IMG/VR virus record: IMGVR_UViG_3300035050_000132
Location: 30,591-94,590 of that record
DNA: 64,000 nucleotides
Origin: a virus
Direction: 5' to 3' (one strand)
Shown piece by piece: positions 41,163 to 50,233 of this stretch. The translations under genes and the position numbers were made by a program. How positions within the stretch are numbered: position 1 is the stretch's first letter; every line of letters starts with the position of its first letter. The notes under the pieces were generated by a model, which was given only the letters and a program-made list of their open reading frames with translations, was not told the origin of the DNA and did not search any database.

Positions 41163-41819
41163 TCATATATATAAATATCTGTACCCTTCTATAGGGGTGT
41201 CATGTGTAAACTCTAAATCATATGGGATAGCTGCATACATACTAAAATATAATGCCTCGTTTTGAATAGAGTCTGAACCTTTTAGCCCTAATCTATTAGT
41301 ATAACCGGCTAAATAAGAAGCATTAGTACTATCACCATTCCAATTACTTAATGGGGCTATATCAGAAGTTCTAATAGCATTAAAAACAGAATGCGGGTAT
41401 GCTACAGATCCACTTAAGGTAGGGATGTTTGTAGTAGAAAAAGTATCGTCATCCCACATTTCTAAATATAAATCACTAGTCATCTCGCCATCAACATAAA
41501 CACCAAAAACATATCTATTAGTATTGGGCTGGCCGCTGGCTAATGGTACATGATACATAATATTATCATATTCTGATTCAATATATATTTGAGGTACTGG
41601 GTAAGTACCAACTGCAGGTTTTATAGTGGCTTCTCTGCGGCCATAAACGGCTGTTGGTGTTTCAACTGATTGATGAATACCACCACCAGTATATACTTTT
41701 ATGTCTGCTGGATCTGATGTGCGGACTGCCTTCCAATCCCCATAAGGACCTCCTGTACCGCCGTACGCGGCATCGATTTCAGAATAATTATAAATAAATG
41801 ATAAAGTGGGTTCTGACAT
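41163..41819 (-). CDS. Putative virion protein (218 aa)
   Basis: AGGAGG RBS; MWDDDTFSTTN motif shared with the 591 aa protein. Confidence 0.7.
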   Translation of the reverse strand: MSEPTLSFIYNYSEIDAAYGGTGGPYGDWKAVRTSDPADIKVYTGGGIHQSVETPTAVYGRREATIKPAVGTYPVPQIYIESEYDNIMYHVPLASGQPNTNRYVFGVYVDGEMTSDLYLEMWDDDTFSTTNIPTLSGSVAYPHSVFNAIRTSDIAPLSNWNGDSTNASYLAGYTNRLGLKGSDSIQNEALYFSMYAAIPYDLEFTHDTPIEGYRYLYI

Positions 41820-41852
41820 AATTTCCTCCTATAAATTATATAGGTTACTTAA

Positions 41853-44800
41853 TTACTTTAACCTATATATAATGGGTGTTATCTTTATATTTCTGTATTT
41901 ACCACCAACATCTAATCTCAAACTATCGTAATCTATACCAGTGGAATTTATTGCATAAACCTGTACTTTAACATCATCCATAGTACGTTCTGTACCCTGT
42001 AAACATCTACCAGGTGACACATCATCTATATTAAACCAAGGACCTGAACTACTAATACAATAAAATGTCCAACTTTCTCGTAATAAATTTGCATTATCCG
42101 AAAGGTCATTAACAAACACAGTTATTTTAACTTCTTGGCTATATACAAAGGGTGCTCCTATATTGCATATTATGTTAAATTGTCCAGGTTCATATTCTAC
42201 ATATGTATACGTAATTTGTTTGTTATTTATAAAAACTTCCAATGTAGAAATGTCTACACCATCCCCATTATCTAAAACATCGAAAGTTATTTCTGTATTA
42301 ATAGGTACGTCATAAGCTTCTACAGCTGGAATCTTATTAACAATATATGGTTTTAAGTAGTCAGGTATTATTTTAAACCAATAAGAAACAGTTATTAAAT
42401 TTGGAATAGGTGCCTGATCATATACTATAACCTCTACAAAAACTGTAGCATTATTGTGAAAAGCTTTTGGAAATGAATAAGCAAAGTCTATACCCTCCAA
42501 CCCACTACCAGCATCAAAAGTGGTAATAGTACCAAGAGGTGCTATATCTATAGTAGTAGAGGTGCCAGCCCAAGATACTTCATATACAAATATTTTAAGT
42601 GAAGCGGTGTCTAAACTATAAGCAAATGGTCTTAATCTTATCCAATAATCTATATCTGTAGTATTTCTTTCAGACCAAAAATTAGGAATGGCCTCTTGTG
42701 TAAATGAAAATTGATTTAAAGTAGCAGTAACTACATTACCTGTTGAAAGATGCCTACTAAGATAATTCTGACTCAAATAACGGGCATCTTGTACTGAAGC
42801 TTCAGAAGGTAATTTTATGTCACCTTCAGCTAAAAGTTGAGTTACATAAGTAATAGGCAACTTATCCTCAAAACCATCCGCAATACTTCCATCAAATTCA
42901 GTAGCGATACCATTAAAAATTGGTTGATATACTGTAGATAAAAATGTCATAGTATCTTGATACGAATTGACCTTGTTTCTATCGTCTATTGTAGGATTTT
43001 CTATTTCTGACCAGACACCTGACCACACCCACTCTCCACCAGGTATGGATCTCCTAGAATAACAAGCAATAGGTATAGTACCTTCTTGTTGGGCATCTTT
43101 GCCCACTACCATAGTAAAATTAGAAAAATCAGGTAATATATTTTTAATTTTTATACCATCATCATAATCAGACATGACGGATACAGCCGCATGACCAGCT
43201 ACGTAAGAACTACCAAAGCCTGAATTGGCGCCGACAGCTATAGCTGTTATATTAGCTACCCCATTATAATCAGCACCAGCTGTATATTGTACAGAACAAA
43301 CCCCATTAGCATCAGTAGTTACGTTACCATCTGATGGATCTAATACCCCATTAATATCATTTTCTATATCAAAATGAACATCCTTATTTAACAATCCCAC
43401 ACCAAACTGATCTCTAACCACTGCAGTTATATATGATACGCCCTGATACCCAACTATTGTATTAGAAGCATATATATTTATAGTACTAGAATAAATCTCC
43501 AAAGCATCCACAATATAATTATATGTATCAAATTCATCTAAAAACTGCCTACCTGTATCGTCCCAAGTTATCTCTGCTTCTTGTAATCTATATATATCGG
43601 AACCATTAAAATTAATATCGTAAATAGTAATTAATTCAGGGTCTTCTTCTTTTTCATACATATTTAATAAACATTGTGATTTTACAGGTTTAGTCTGATC
43701 TAAATCATAATGTATAAGATTACAACCCTTTACAAAACTTACAGTATCATAAATATGATTCCAATCTGCGGCCTGTACTTCAAAAAACATCCCACCATAA
43801 TTTCTATAAACAACATCACAATAAGAATTTAAGTCTAAAGACAATAAGGTCCCCCCAGTAGAATCGAAGGCATAACGTACACCATCAGCATTTACCAAAG
43901 GCTTTGGTTTACTAGGTAAATGTGCGTACTTAATAACTGTAATGGGATCACCTTCAACATATTCATAAATAGTTGGGTCTGCACCGCCATATGTCCTTAT
44001 AGTTACTTCATCATTAATATAGTCAATGTCATGTATATATACCTCTTCTACTGCTGACACGTTATCAGTGTCAGATGAAGGACCTATTAAAATAGTATCA
44101 TATTTGGATAATCCACTTATAGTAGTAAACGAGATCATACCTGTACCCGACGGAACGTGATCTAATAAAGAAGCTTGGTAAGTTTGTATTGCAAAAGTAT
44201 CAGCCGCAAACCAATCTATAGAGTCACTGTATTTATAAGAAGAGGATACTAAGTCTAATGTAAAAGAAGTGTTATTGATACGCCATTTTCTAACTATATT
44301 ACCATAATACTCTACTTCTTGTGCTATTTTTAAAACATCATTATACTTAATATACTCGCCAGTTTCATCATCACGTTCGTATGTATAATAACGTCTATAT
44401 CCATAAGGGATTCGTTCCAATGTATAAAATATAGCATTATCATATGTCGATGATTGATTTAAAGGGCCTACATATTTCAAGGTTACCAATTCGCCTGCGG
44501 AAGAGGATGTGGCTTCTTCTGACTCCAAAGCTAATATCTGATCATCAACAGTATTGGTTGCAACATGAGCCTCAATAATAGAACTAAATATAGTATTAAA
44601 GTTGGGATCAAGGCTCCCGTAGGAGGTATTGGTATAAGTATAATTTGTATAATATATAGTAGTATTACGTACACCTCTTGTGGCGTAACTTCCATCAGTA
44701 TGAAAATTATTAACTACTATTTTAGTAATGTACTTAATTGAATTAAAAACACATATTAATCGTTGATTTGTAGTATAATATCTACCACTAAGCCAAGATG

Positions 44801-45233
44801 TATCGTTAGCAGAACCTATTTTAAATATAGAAGTATCAAATACATTGTCAGCAGCATAAAGACTGCTGTATGTAGTGGTGACGTACGTTGTAAAATCATC
44901 AGTAGATAACTCTATTAATTCATCATTATCATCATAAAATTCAATAGATCTAATACCCATATAACCACCATTACCATAATTATCAGCAAAATCAAATATA
45001 AAAGATTTGGCCTCCATTACTTGGCCTGCTATATAAATAGTTCCAGAAGCATAAACATAAGGAGTAGAAAGTAAGGTATCTATTGGTGTAAAAGTATATG
45101 TACGTATTAAAGTACCAGAAGAGTTTTTAACCTTCATAGTGACTGGGGAAGTATTGATGTCTACTGTACAATATGTACCGGTTTGTGGGCCTATACAAAA
45201 ATTAGAATTGTTTAATCTTATATTTTCAGACAT
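41853..45233 (-). CDS. Virion protein (1126 aa): propeller-like N-terminus with inserted discoidin-like domain, Big_1 (invasin-type) domain and C-terminal Ig domains
   Basis: N-terminus paralogous to the 406/411 aa proteins. ITAVVRDQFGVGLLNKDVHF...VTTDANG (Big_1); KPYIVNKIPAVEAYDVPINTEITF (Big_5-like). Confidence 0.72.
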   Translation of the reverse strand: MSENIRLNNSNFCIGPQTGTYCTVDINTSPVTMKVKNSSGTLIRTYTFTPIDTLLSTPYVYASGTIYIAGQVMEAKSFIFDFADNYGNGGYMGIRSIEFYDDNDELIELSTDDFTTYVTTTYSSLYAADNVFDTSIFKIGSANDTSWLSGRYYTTNQRLICVFNSIKYITKIVVNNFHTDGSYATRGVRNTTIYYTNYTYTNTSYGSLDPNFNTIFSSIIEAHVATNTVDDQILALESEEATSSSAGELVTLKYVGPLNQSSTYDNAIFYTLERIPYGYRRYYTYERDDETGEYIKYNDVLKIAQEVEYYGNIVRKWRINNTSFTLDLVSSSYKYSDSIDWFAADTFAIQTYQASLLDHVPSGTGMISFTTISGLSKYDTILIGPSSDTDNVSAVEEVYIHDIDYINDEVTIRTYGGADPTIYEYVEGDPITVIKYAHLPSKPKPLVNADGVRYAFDSTGGTLLSLDLNSYCDVVYRNYGGMFFEVQAADWNHIYDTVSFVKGCNLIHYDLDQTKPVKSQCLLNMYEKEEDPELITIYDINFNGSDIYRLQEAEITWDDTGRQFLDEFDTYNYIVDALEIYSSTINIYASNTIVGYQGVSYITAVVRDQFGVGLLNKDVHFDIENDINGVLDPSDGNVTTDANGVCSVQYTAGADYNGVANITAIAVGANSGFGSSYVAGHAAVSVMSDYDDGIKIKNILPDFSNFTMVVGKDAQQEGTIPIACYSRRSIPGGEWVWSGVWSEIENPTIDDRNKVNSYQDTMTFLSTVYQPIFNGIATEFDGSIADGFEDKLPITYVTQLLAEGDIKLPSEASVQDARYLSQNYLSRHLSTGNVVTATLNQFSFTQEAIPNFWSERNTTDIDYWIRLRPFAYSLDTASLKIFVYEVSWAGTSTTIDIAPLGTITTFDAGSGLEGIDFAYSFPKAFHNNATVFVEVIVYDQAPIPNLITVSYWFKIIPDYLKPYIVNKIPAVEAYDVPINTEITFDVLDNGDGVDISTLEVFINNKQITYTYVEYEPGQFNIICNIGAPFVYSQEVKITVFVNDLSDNANLLRESWTFYCISSSGPWFNIDDVSPGRCLQGTERTMDDVKVQVYAINSTGIDYDSLRLDVGGKYRNIKITPIIYRLK

Positions 45234-45244
45234 TAATAACCTCC

Positions 45245-46465
45245 CTAATCATATTGAGTAGCTAATGATGTGACCGTAACTTCTCTAACAGAAAGACCAG
45301 CTCTATAATAAGAAGTGGCGACTCCCTGTAAGTTAGTTAAAGGTTTTTCTATAGTCAAATACCCAGTAGTATCATCATCACTTAAATGGGCGGCTTTATA
45401 TTGGGACGGGTTGCCATACTGGTCCTGTATAATTGTAGTAACCTCGGCCAAACTAATACCATTACTTGGTAATATTTTAGGATATAATTCCATGCTTATT
45501 GAATCAACAAAAGACCTTAGTGTGCTACATTGATAATTATAGGTGGCCTGTGAATAATTGGTTTCAAAATATTTCATATAATTTTGCAACCTATAAACCG
45601 TATCACCTTCGATATCTAAACCGTATATAGGTATAATAGTAGTACCATCCGTCCGTATGTTATCCATTGTAAATGATTTATCAATCTCTTTAGTGTCTAT
45701 ATTAAAAAATCTAAGAACAGTCCCATATACATATAATATATAATAATTATTATTATCGGTATCTATATAAAAAACACTTCCTGTAGTAGAATCAAAAGAA
45801 TCATCCTCTACAGTATAATCCCATTCACTATTTACCAAATTATATCTCATTAAAGAAGGATCTTCTATAATACCTTTATAATTATTAAACATCCAAAAAT
45901 TATTAACAAAAGAGACATCTTCACCCGCAACATGCGGCATTGAGGTATAAAAATCTAAACCATATACATTAGAAGAAATGGTACCAGTTACAGTGACTTC
46001 TTCATGAAAGCCATCCACATTTGGCCCAATAGTAATAACCGTACCTACAGGTATGTTGGTGGTAAAGGATTCTGGTAATGTTATATAAGTACTTCCAATA
46101 GGTAATTCTTCCGCCAATATACTACAAAAAGACTCTATAGAGAAGGATTCAGACTCATAATAATTTGAAACGTTACCAAAGGATAATGTATCTATTAATT
46201 TACATAAATGGCTCTCTAATCGCCATTTTTTAATAACCCTATAATTAGCAGAAGTGCCTTCTTGTAAAGTCCAAAAATTAATACCATCACAGCACATATC
46301 TATTATTTCAGAGTCTTCTAAAGAGGTATCCAAAGGATAAGTAAAAACTACATCACCTTCAGTATTCTTTTTAAAAAGAATATCGTTATCATGTACAAAA
46401 GTAAAAAAATAACCACCCCTAATAGCAAAATTGGAATATTTGAGTTTTATATTCTCAAAAGACAT
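45245..46465 (-). CDS. Virion protein (406 aa): propeller-like domain plus Big_1 Ig domain
   Basis: ENIKLKYSNFAIRGGYFF...DGINFWTL...IKKWRL; C-terminal IIQDQYGNP...TNLQGVATSYYRAG. Confidence 0.72.
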   Translation of the reverse strand: MSFENIKLKYSNFAIRGGYFFTFVHDNDILFKKNTEGDVVFTYPLDTSLEDSEIIDMCCDGINFWTLQEGTSANYRVIKKWRLESHLCKLIDTLSFGNVSNYYESESFSIESFCSILAEELPIGSTYITLPESFTTNIPVGTVITIGPNVDGFHEEVTVTGTISSNVYGLDFYTSMPHVAGEDVSFVNNFWMFNNYKGIIEDPSLMRYNLVNSEWDYTVEDDSFDSTTGSVFYIDTDNNNYYILYVYGTVLRFFNIDTKEIDKSFTMDNIRTDGTTIIPIYGLDIEGDTVYRLQNYMKYFETNYSQATYNYQCSTLRSFVDSISMELYPKILPSNGISLAEVTTIIQDQYGNPSQYKAAHLSDDDTTGYLTIEKPLTNLQGVATSYYRAGLSVREVTVTSLATQYD

Positions 46466-47700
46466 CAGGTCTGATCAACCTTTGCTGTGATATTTACTAA
46501 TCTAGCAGCTAAACCTGATCTATACACTGCTACAGCCTCGCCATTAGCATCAGTGTTTACACCGGTTCCACCAGTAACTATTTCGCCATCACCATCGTCA
46601 TCTTCAAAATAAACCAATCTAGCCTCTACAGGCTGACCAAACTGATCTTTTACTCTTGCAGTTAAAGTAGAAGTACTAACTTGATTAGCAGCTATGACAT
46701 TAGGCGAAGCGGTCATAGATATAGATGCCACTAAAGTATTAAATGTAGCAGGTTGATAATTATAATTTGTCCAACTCTCAGTACTTCCATAATAAGTGGC
46801 CGACAGCTGTAAACGGTATAAATTTTTATCTTTTACCGTAATATCATATACTGGAATAATAGTAATATCATCATCATCTATAGTATCCATAGCCATAGAA
46901 CCATAATAAGGAAGTTCATCATCATGTATATTTACAAAAAGTAAATTGCTGGCTTTAACAAACATTAACGCATTAACACTACCAAAATCAGTGAAATGGT
47001 TAATCTCATAAAAAGTTGTAGCCTTTATATCTCTATAAGCACCACTGGCTACGTATTTAATAACCGACCCAGAATATGCGTTTATTTTATACAATGCCCC
47101 TGTAGTAGTATCTGTCCCGTAAGCGTTATTAAATAACCATATATAATTATAAAATAATAAAGTATCCCCATGAGTATAAGTTTCTTCTATTGGGTCAGCT
47201 AATGTGATTACATTTCCAGAAACATCCTGTACTGCTATAGTTTCTAATGTAGTATCAGTTTCCAAAGTAATTTCCATACTAGTTGTTAAATTTCCTGGCA
47301 AATCATCAGCATCTACAGTTATTATAGTGGCACCTGGAGAATATGAGCCACTTATAGTACAATGATAATGTTCAAGCGTAAATGCTTCAGAATCAAATGT
47401 ATGGGATGGGTTGCTGAGGGTGATGCTTTCCTTTAACTTACATATATAGTTCTCTATACGCCAACGACGTATTACCATAACACCTGTATCCCCAGGTTCT
47501 AATGACCAATAATTTATTCCATCATGCTCAGCACTAACTACAGCCTCTGACATTAAATAGTCAAAAGGATATGAAAAAGCGGTAGATCCATCGTCTACTT
47601 TAGCTAAAAGCATATCCGTATCATCATCAAACATATAAAAATAACCGCCAACATTAGTCATGTGCGGTTTTCTAAATTTTAAATTATCCCTATTTGCCAT
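46465..47700 (-). CDS. Virion protein (411 aa), paralog of the 406 aa protein
   Basis: Start at ATG 47700 (GGAGG RBS) rather than 47724. DNLKFRKPHMTNVGGYFY...DGINYWSL...IRRWRI; ARVKDQFGQP...TDANGEAVAVYRSG. Confidence 0.72.
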   Translation of the reverse strand: MANRDNLKFRKPHMTNVGGYFYMFDDDTDMLLAKVDDGSTAFSYPFDYLMSEAVVSAEHDGINYWSLEPGDTGVMVIRRWRIENYICKLKESITLSNPSHTFDSEAFTLEHYHCTISGSYSPGATIITVDADDLPGNLTTSMEITLETDTTLETIAVQDVSGNVITLADPIEETYTHGDTLLFYNYIWLFNNAYGTDTTTGALYKINAYSGSVIKYVASGAYRDIKATTFYEINHFTDFGSVNALMFVKASNLLFVNIHDDELPYYGSMAMDTIDDDDITIIPVYDITVKDKNLYRLQLSATYYGSTESWTNYNYQPATFNTLVASISMTASPNVIAANQVSTSTLTARVKDQFGQPVEARLVYFEDDDGDGEIVTGGTGVNTDANGEAVAVYRSGLAARLVNITAKVDQT

Positions 47701-47702
47701 TA

Positions 47703-48227
47703 TTAACCTCCATAATATTCGCAATTCCTAGCGGGCGGTTCCCAATGAAATCTATATTCAAATGGAGTACCTTCTATATCACACTCATCAGTTATATCAA
47801 ACACGTAATCCCTAGTAGTCATAGTAATCTTAACATCACTTAAATCTAATCCAGAAGAAGGCATATCATCCTTAATAGTTATATCTAAATTAGACTCTAT
47901 TGGCACCCCTGAATCTATCATGGCAGGAATTATATCTTCTATGTAAGGAGCACTATCATCATGCACCAAAGGTTCCCAGTCAATTTGTGCGGCTATTTTA
48001 GCCACAGCATCTGCTACAAGCTCATTCAACTTAATAACATCTGTTACGTTATTAACATATTGTGGCGCTATAGGTGTACCATTTGCTGATGTTTGTTTGG
48101 TACCTAATTCTAAAAACCATCTCGGGTCTCCATCATTAGCATTTATATCATAACCCCTAACAAATGAAATATTAATTTTAACTGTTTGATCATAGTTTAA
48201 ACTATTTCTAACATAAAAATGTGCCAT
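47703..48227 (-). CDS. Ig-like domain virion protein (174 aa)
   Basis: APYIEDIIP...VPIESNLDITIKD...GLDLSDVKIT matches the Ig units at the end of the 1126 aa protein. Confidence 0.65.
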   Translation of the reverse strand: MAHFYVRNSLNYDQTVKINISFVRGYDINANDGDPRWFLELGTKQTSANGTPIAPQYVNNVTDVIKLNELVADAVAKIAAQIDWEPLVHDDSAPYIEDIIPAMIDSGVPIESNLDITIKDDMPSSGLDLSDVKITMTTRDYVFDITDECDIEGTPFEYRFHWEPPARNCEYYGG

Positions 48228-48809
48228 TTAACCAGTTCCTTCAGAAGGTTTTTCAGAAATGAATAAACGTAATGAATCTAAATCATTACTTATTTTTATA
48301 TCATTACCATATAACCTCTTATTATCTATTTTTATCAAAGCCACCAGGGGGCCTAATGATTTATTTAATATAGCTTTAAGTTTATTAACACCTTGAGCAT
48401 TATCAAAATATATAGAATAGTCATGCACCAATACACCCATATTAAACAAAGTACCTTTTATAGACCTAATAGATTTTGCCAAAGAAGGTGTTTTTAAATC
48501 ATTGGTATAAATACCTGTATTTAAAATTATTACATAAAAATTAGTACAACCACTAACACTTATTTGTACCATAGTATTTATATATCTAATAAAATAGCTA
48601 TCCTCACAAAACAAAAAAACACGTTTCTTTAAACCCATGGACATACCTAAAGCTATAGCAAAGTAATCTACAGAAAGATCATCAAAATAACACACACCGC
48701 CAAAAGAATCGAACTTAGACTCACTAATGATGGCTTTCCCTATACAAAACACAACGTCGTCTTCTGATAATATCTTAGAAAACCCAGAAAACACCCTTCT
48801 CCTATTCAT
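48228..48809 (-). CDS. ComE/phosphonopyruvate decarboxylase beta (PP domain)-like protein with a degenerate ThDP motif
   Basis: MNRRRVF...DDVV...IALGMSMG..KRVFLFCEDS....INTMVQI.....NFYVIILNTGIY...GPLVALIKI follows the ComE pattern, but GDG reads CEDS and DNG reads NTG. Confidence 0.7.
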   Translation of the reverse strand: MNRRRVFSGFSKILSEDDVVFCIGKAIISESKFDSFGGVCYFDDLSVDYFAIALGMSMGLKKRVFLFCEDSYFIRYINTMVQISVSGCTNFYVIILNTGIYTNDLKTPSLAKSIRSIKGTLFNMGVLVHDYSIYFDNAQGVNKLKAILNKSLGPLVALIKIDNKRLYGNDIKISNDLDSLRLFISEKPSEGTG

Positions 48810-48825
48810 AAAACCTCCGCCAAAT

Positions 48826-49227
48826 CTAAATTTTTAATGTAACAGGTAACTTTTCACATTCCATATACGCATCAGCCTTATCCAGTACAGATAATCCATC
48901 AATCAAATCAAAACTTTTTAAACCCACATCTTGGACAGAGTCAGTTATAAATAATATAGGTATATTATGCTTAATAACAAAATTATTTATCTGAACTTTT
49001 ACTGACAATAATGAATCATTGTCACACAACACTACACTTTTATAACCACTTAAACATACTCCAGCAGCAAGCCCTACAGCCGTGGAGTCATTTACTGTAG
49101 GTACAAAATGTAAAAAATCTGGATTTAATGTATTAAAAATATCTTTAAGTGACTCATTAGGTACACCAGTAAAAAAATGGTAATTTAAATCTGTACAAAG
49201 TTTTTCCCAAAAGCCATTAACATCCAT
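48826..49227 (-). CDS. ComD/phosphonopyruvate decarboxylase alpha (Pyr domain)-like protein, degenerate
   Basis: FFTGVPNESLK...FVPTVNDSTAVGLAAGVCLSGYKSVVL...IPILFI follows the ComD/Ppd pattern (FFTGVPcS; nEg.AvgiAAG), but catalytic Glu is Asp and MQNSG reads CDNDS. Confidence 0.78.
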   Translation of the reverse strand: MDVNGFWEKLCTDLNYHFFTGVPNESLKDIFNTLNPDFLHFVPTVNDSTAVGLAAGVCLSGYKSVVLCDNDSLLSVKVQINNFVIKHNIPILFITDSVQDVGLKSFDLIDGLSVLDKADAYMECEKLPVTLKI

Positions 49228-49231
49228 AACA

Positions 49232-50215
49232 TTAACTACTATAATCTATTTGGTTAGAAATTGTTTTTATACCAAACCTAACCAATTGATCCATAGACGT
49301 GAACCAATTAGTAGGGACACTTTCTGGGTCCTGCTCACGTAGTAACTGAATCTTAGCTTTACCAGCATAATAATTACCAGTAATAGCATCATAACCGTTA
49401 GCTACTACAGTAGCTACCTTTATTGTTGTATCATTAGTGCCAGATAGTGCGGTAAAATATTCAGGAGTACCACTACCATCAGTAATCATAAAAACTTTAC
49501 CAGCAGTAGCACCAGTACCAGTATTTACATTAAGGGTATCTGTACCTGCGGTATAATCTTGATTCAATAGAGTCTCTTTTACGGCCACATTGGCTAAAGA
49601 ATAACTAGTAGTGGGCAAATCAAAACCTAAAACTTCAGTACAATCATTTACAGTTCCAGAAGCAACTACTACAGAAGAACGATTGTTGCCAGAGTAATAA
49701 GGGCTTATACTACCAGAAACTACCCAAAACTTACCATTCTTATACTCCACTGAAGCATTTCTATATGATGCAAAAAATCCAGTGTCTGCAGTCTCTAAAG
49801 TATAAGCTAATGCTCTAATATTTTCCTCTAATTCAGCAGCAACAACTTCCCCAGTAATAGGGGTACCGTCATCATTAGGTGTAAGTGTTATTGTGTAATA
49901 ACCGCTACCATCAGTGCCGCTAACTGTAGCATCAATCTTTACCCTCAAACTTTTATGAGTGTCATCAATATAAAACTTTCCAGATGACCCTGCAAAACCA
50001 GAACTTTTACACCAACCTGATTTCATTTCAGTAACATATAAATCCTGTATTGCAGTTCTATCAGTGTTATCACTATAAGCACTGGTAGTTGCACTTAATA
50101 CAAACTTTTCATCACCCTCTGATCCAAGGGGTACTATACTTTCCAAATCAATAGACACACGTTTGGTAACTCCAGGATAATTCACAAGATCCTGAGTATC
50201 TATACTAATTGCCAT
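49232..50215 (-). CDS. Virion structural protein (327 aa) with a sheath-insert-like domain
   Basis: AGGAGG RBS. LRVKID...ITL...VAAELEENIR...KFWVVSGS...SSVVV...EVLGF, the same domain as in the 524 and 3508 aa proteins. Confidence 0.65.
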   Translation of the reverse strand: MAISIDTQDLVNYPGVTKRVSIDLESIVPLGSEGDEKFVLSATTSAYSDNTDRTAIQDLYVTEMKSGWCKSSGFAGSSGKFYIDDTHKSLRVKIDATVSGTDGSGYYTITLTPNDDGTPITGEVVAAELEENIRALAYTLETADTGFFASYRNASVEYKNGKFWVVSGSISPYYSGNNRSSVVVASGTVNDCTEVLGFDLPTTSYSLANVAVKETLLNQDYTAGTDTLNVNTGTGATAGKVFMITDGSGTPEYFTALSGTNDTTIKVATVVANGYDAITGNYYAGKAKIQLLREQDPESVPTNWFTSMDQLVRFGIKTISNQIDYSS

Positions 50216-50233
50216 GTTATTTCCTCCTATAAA

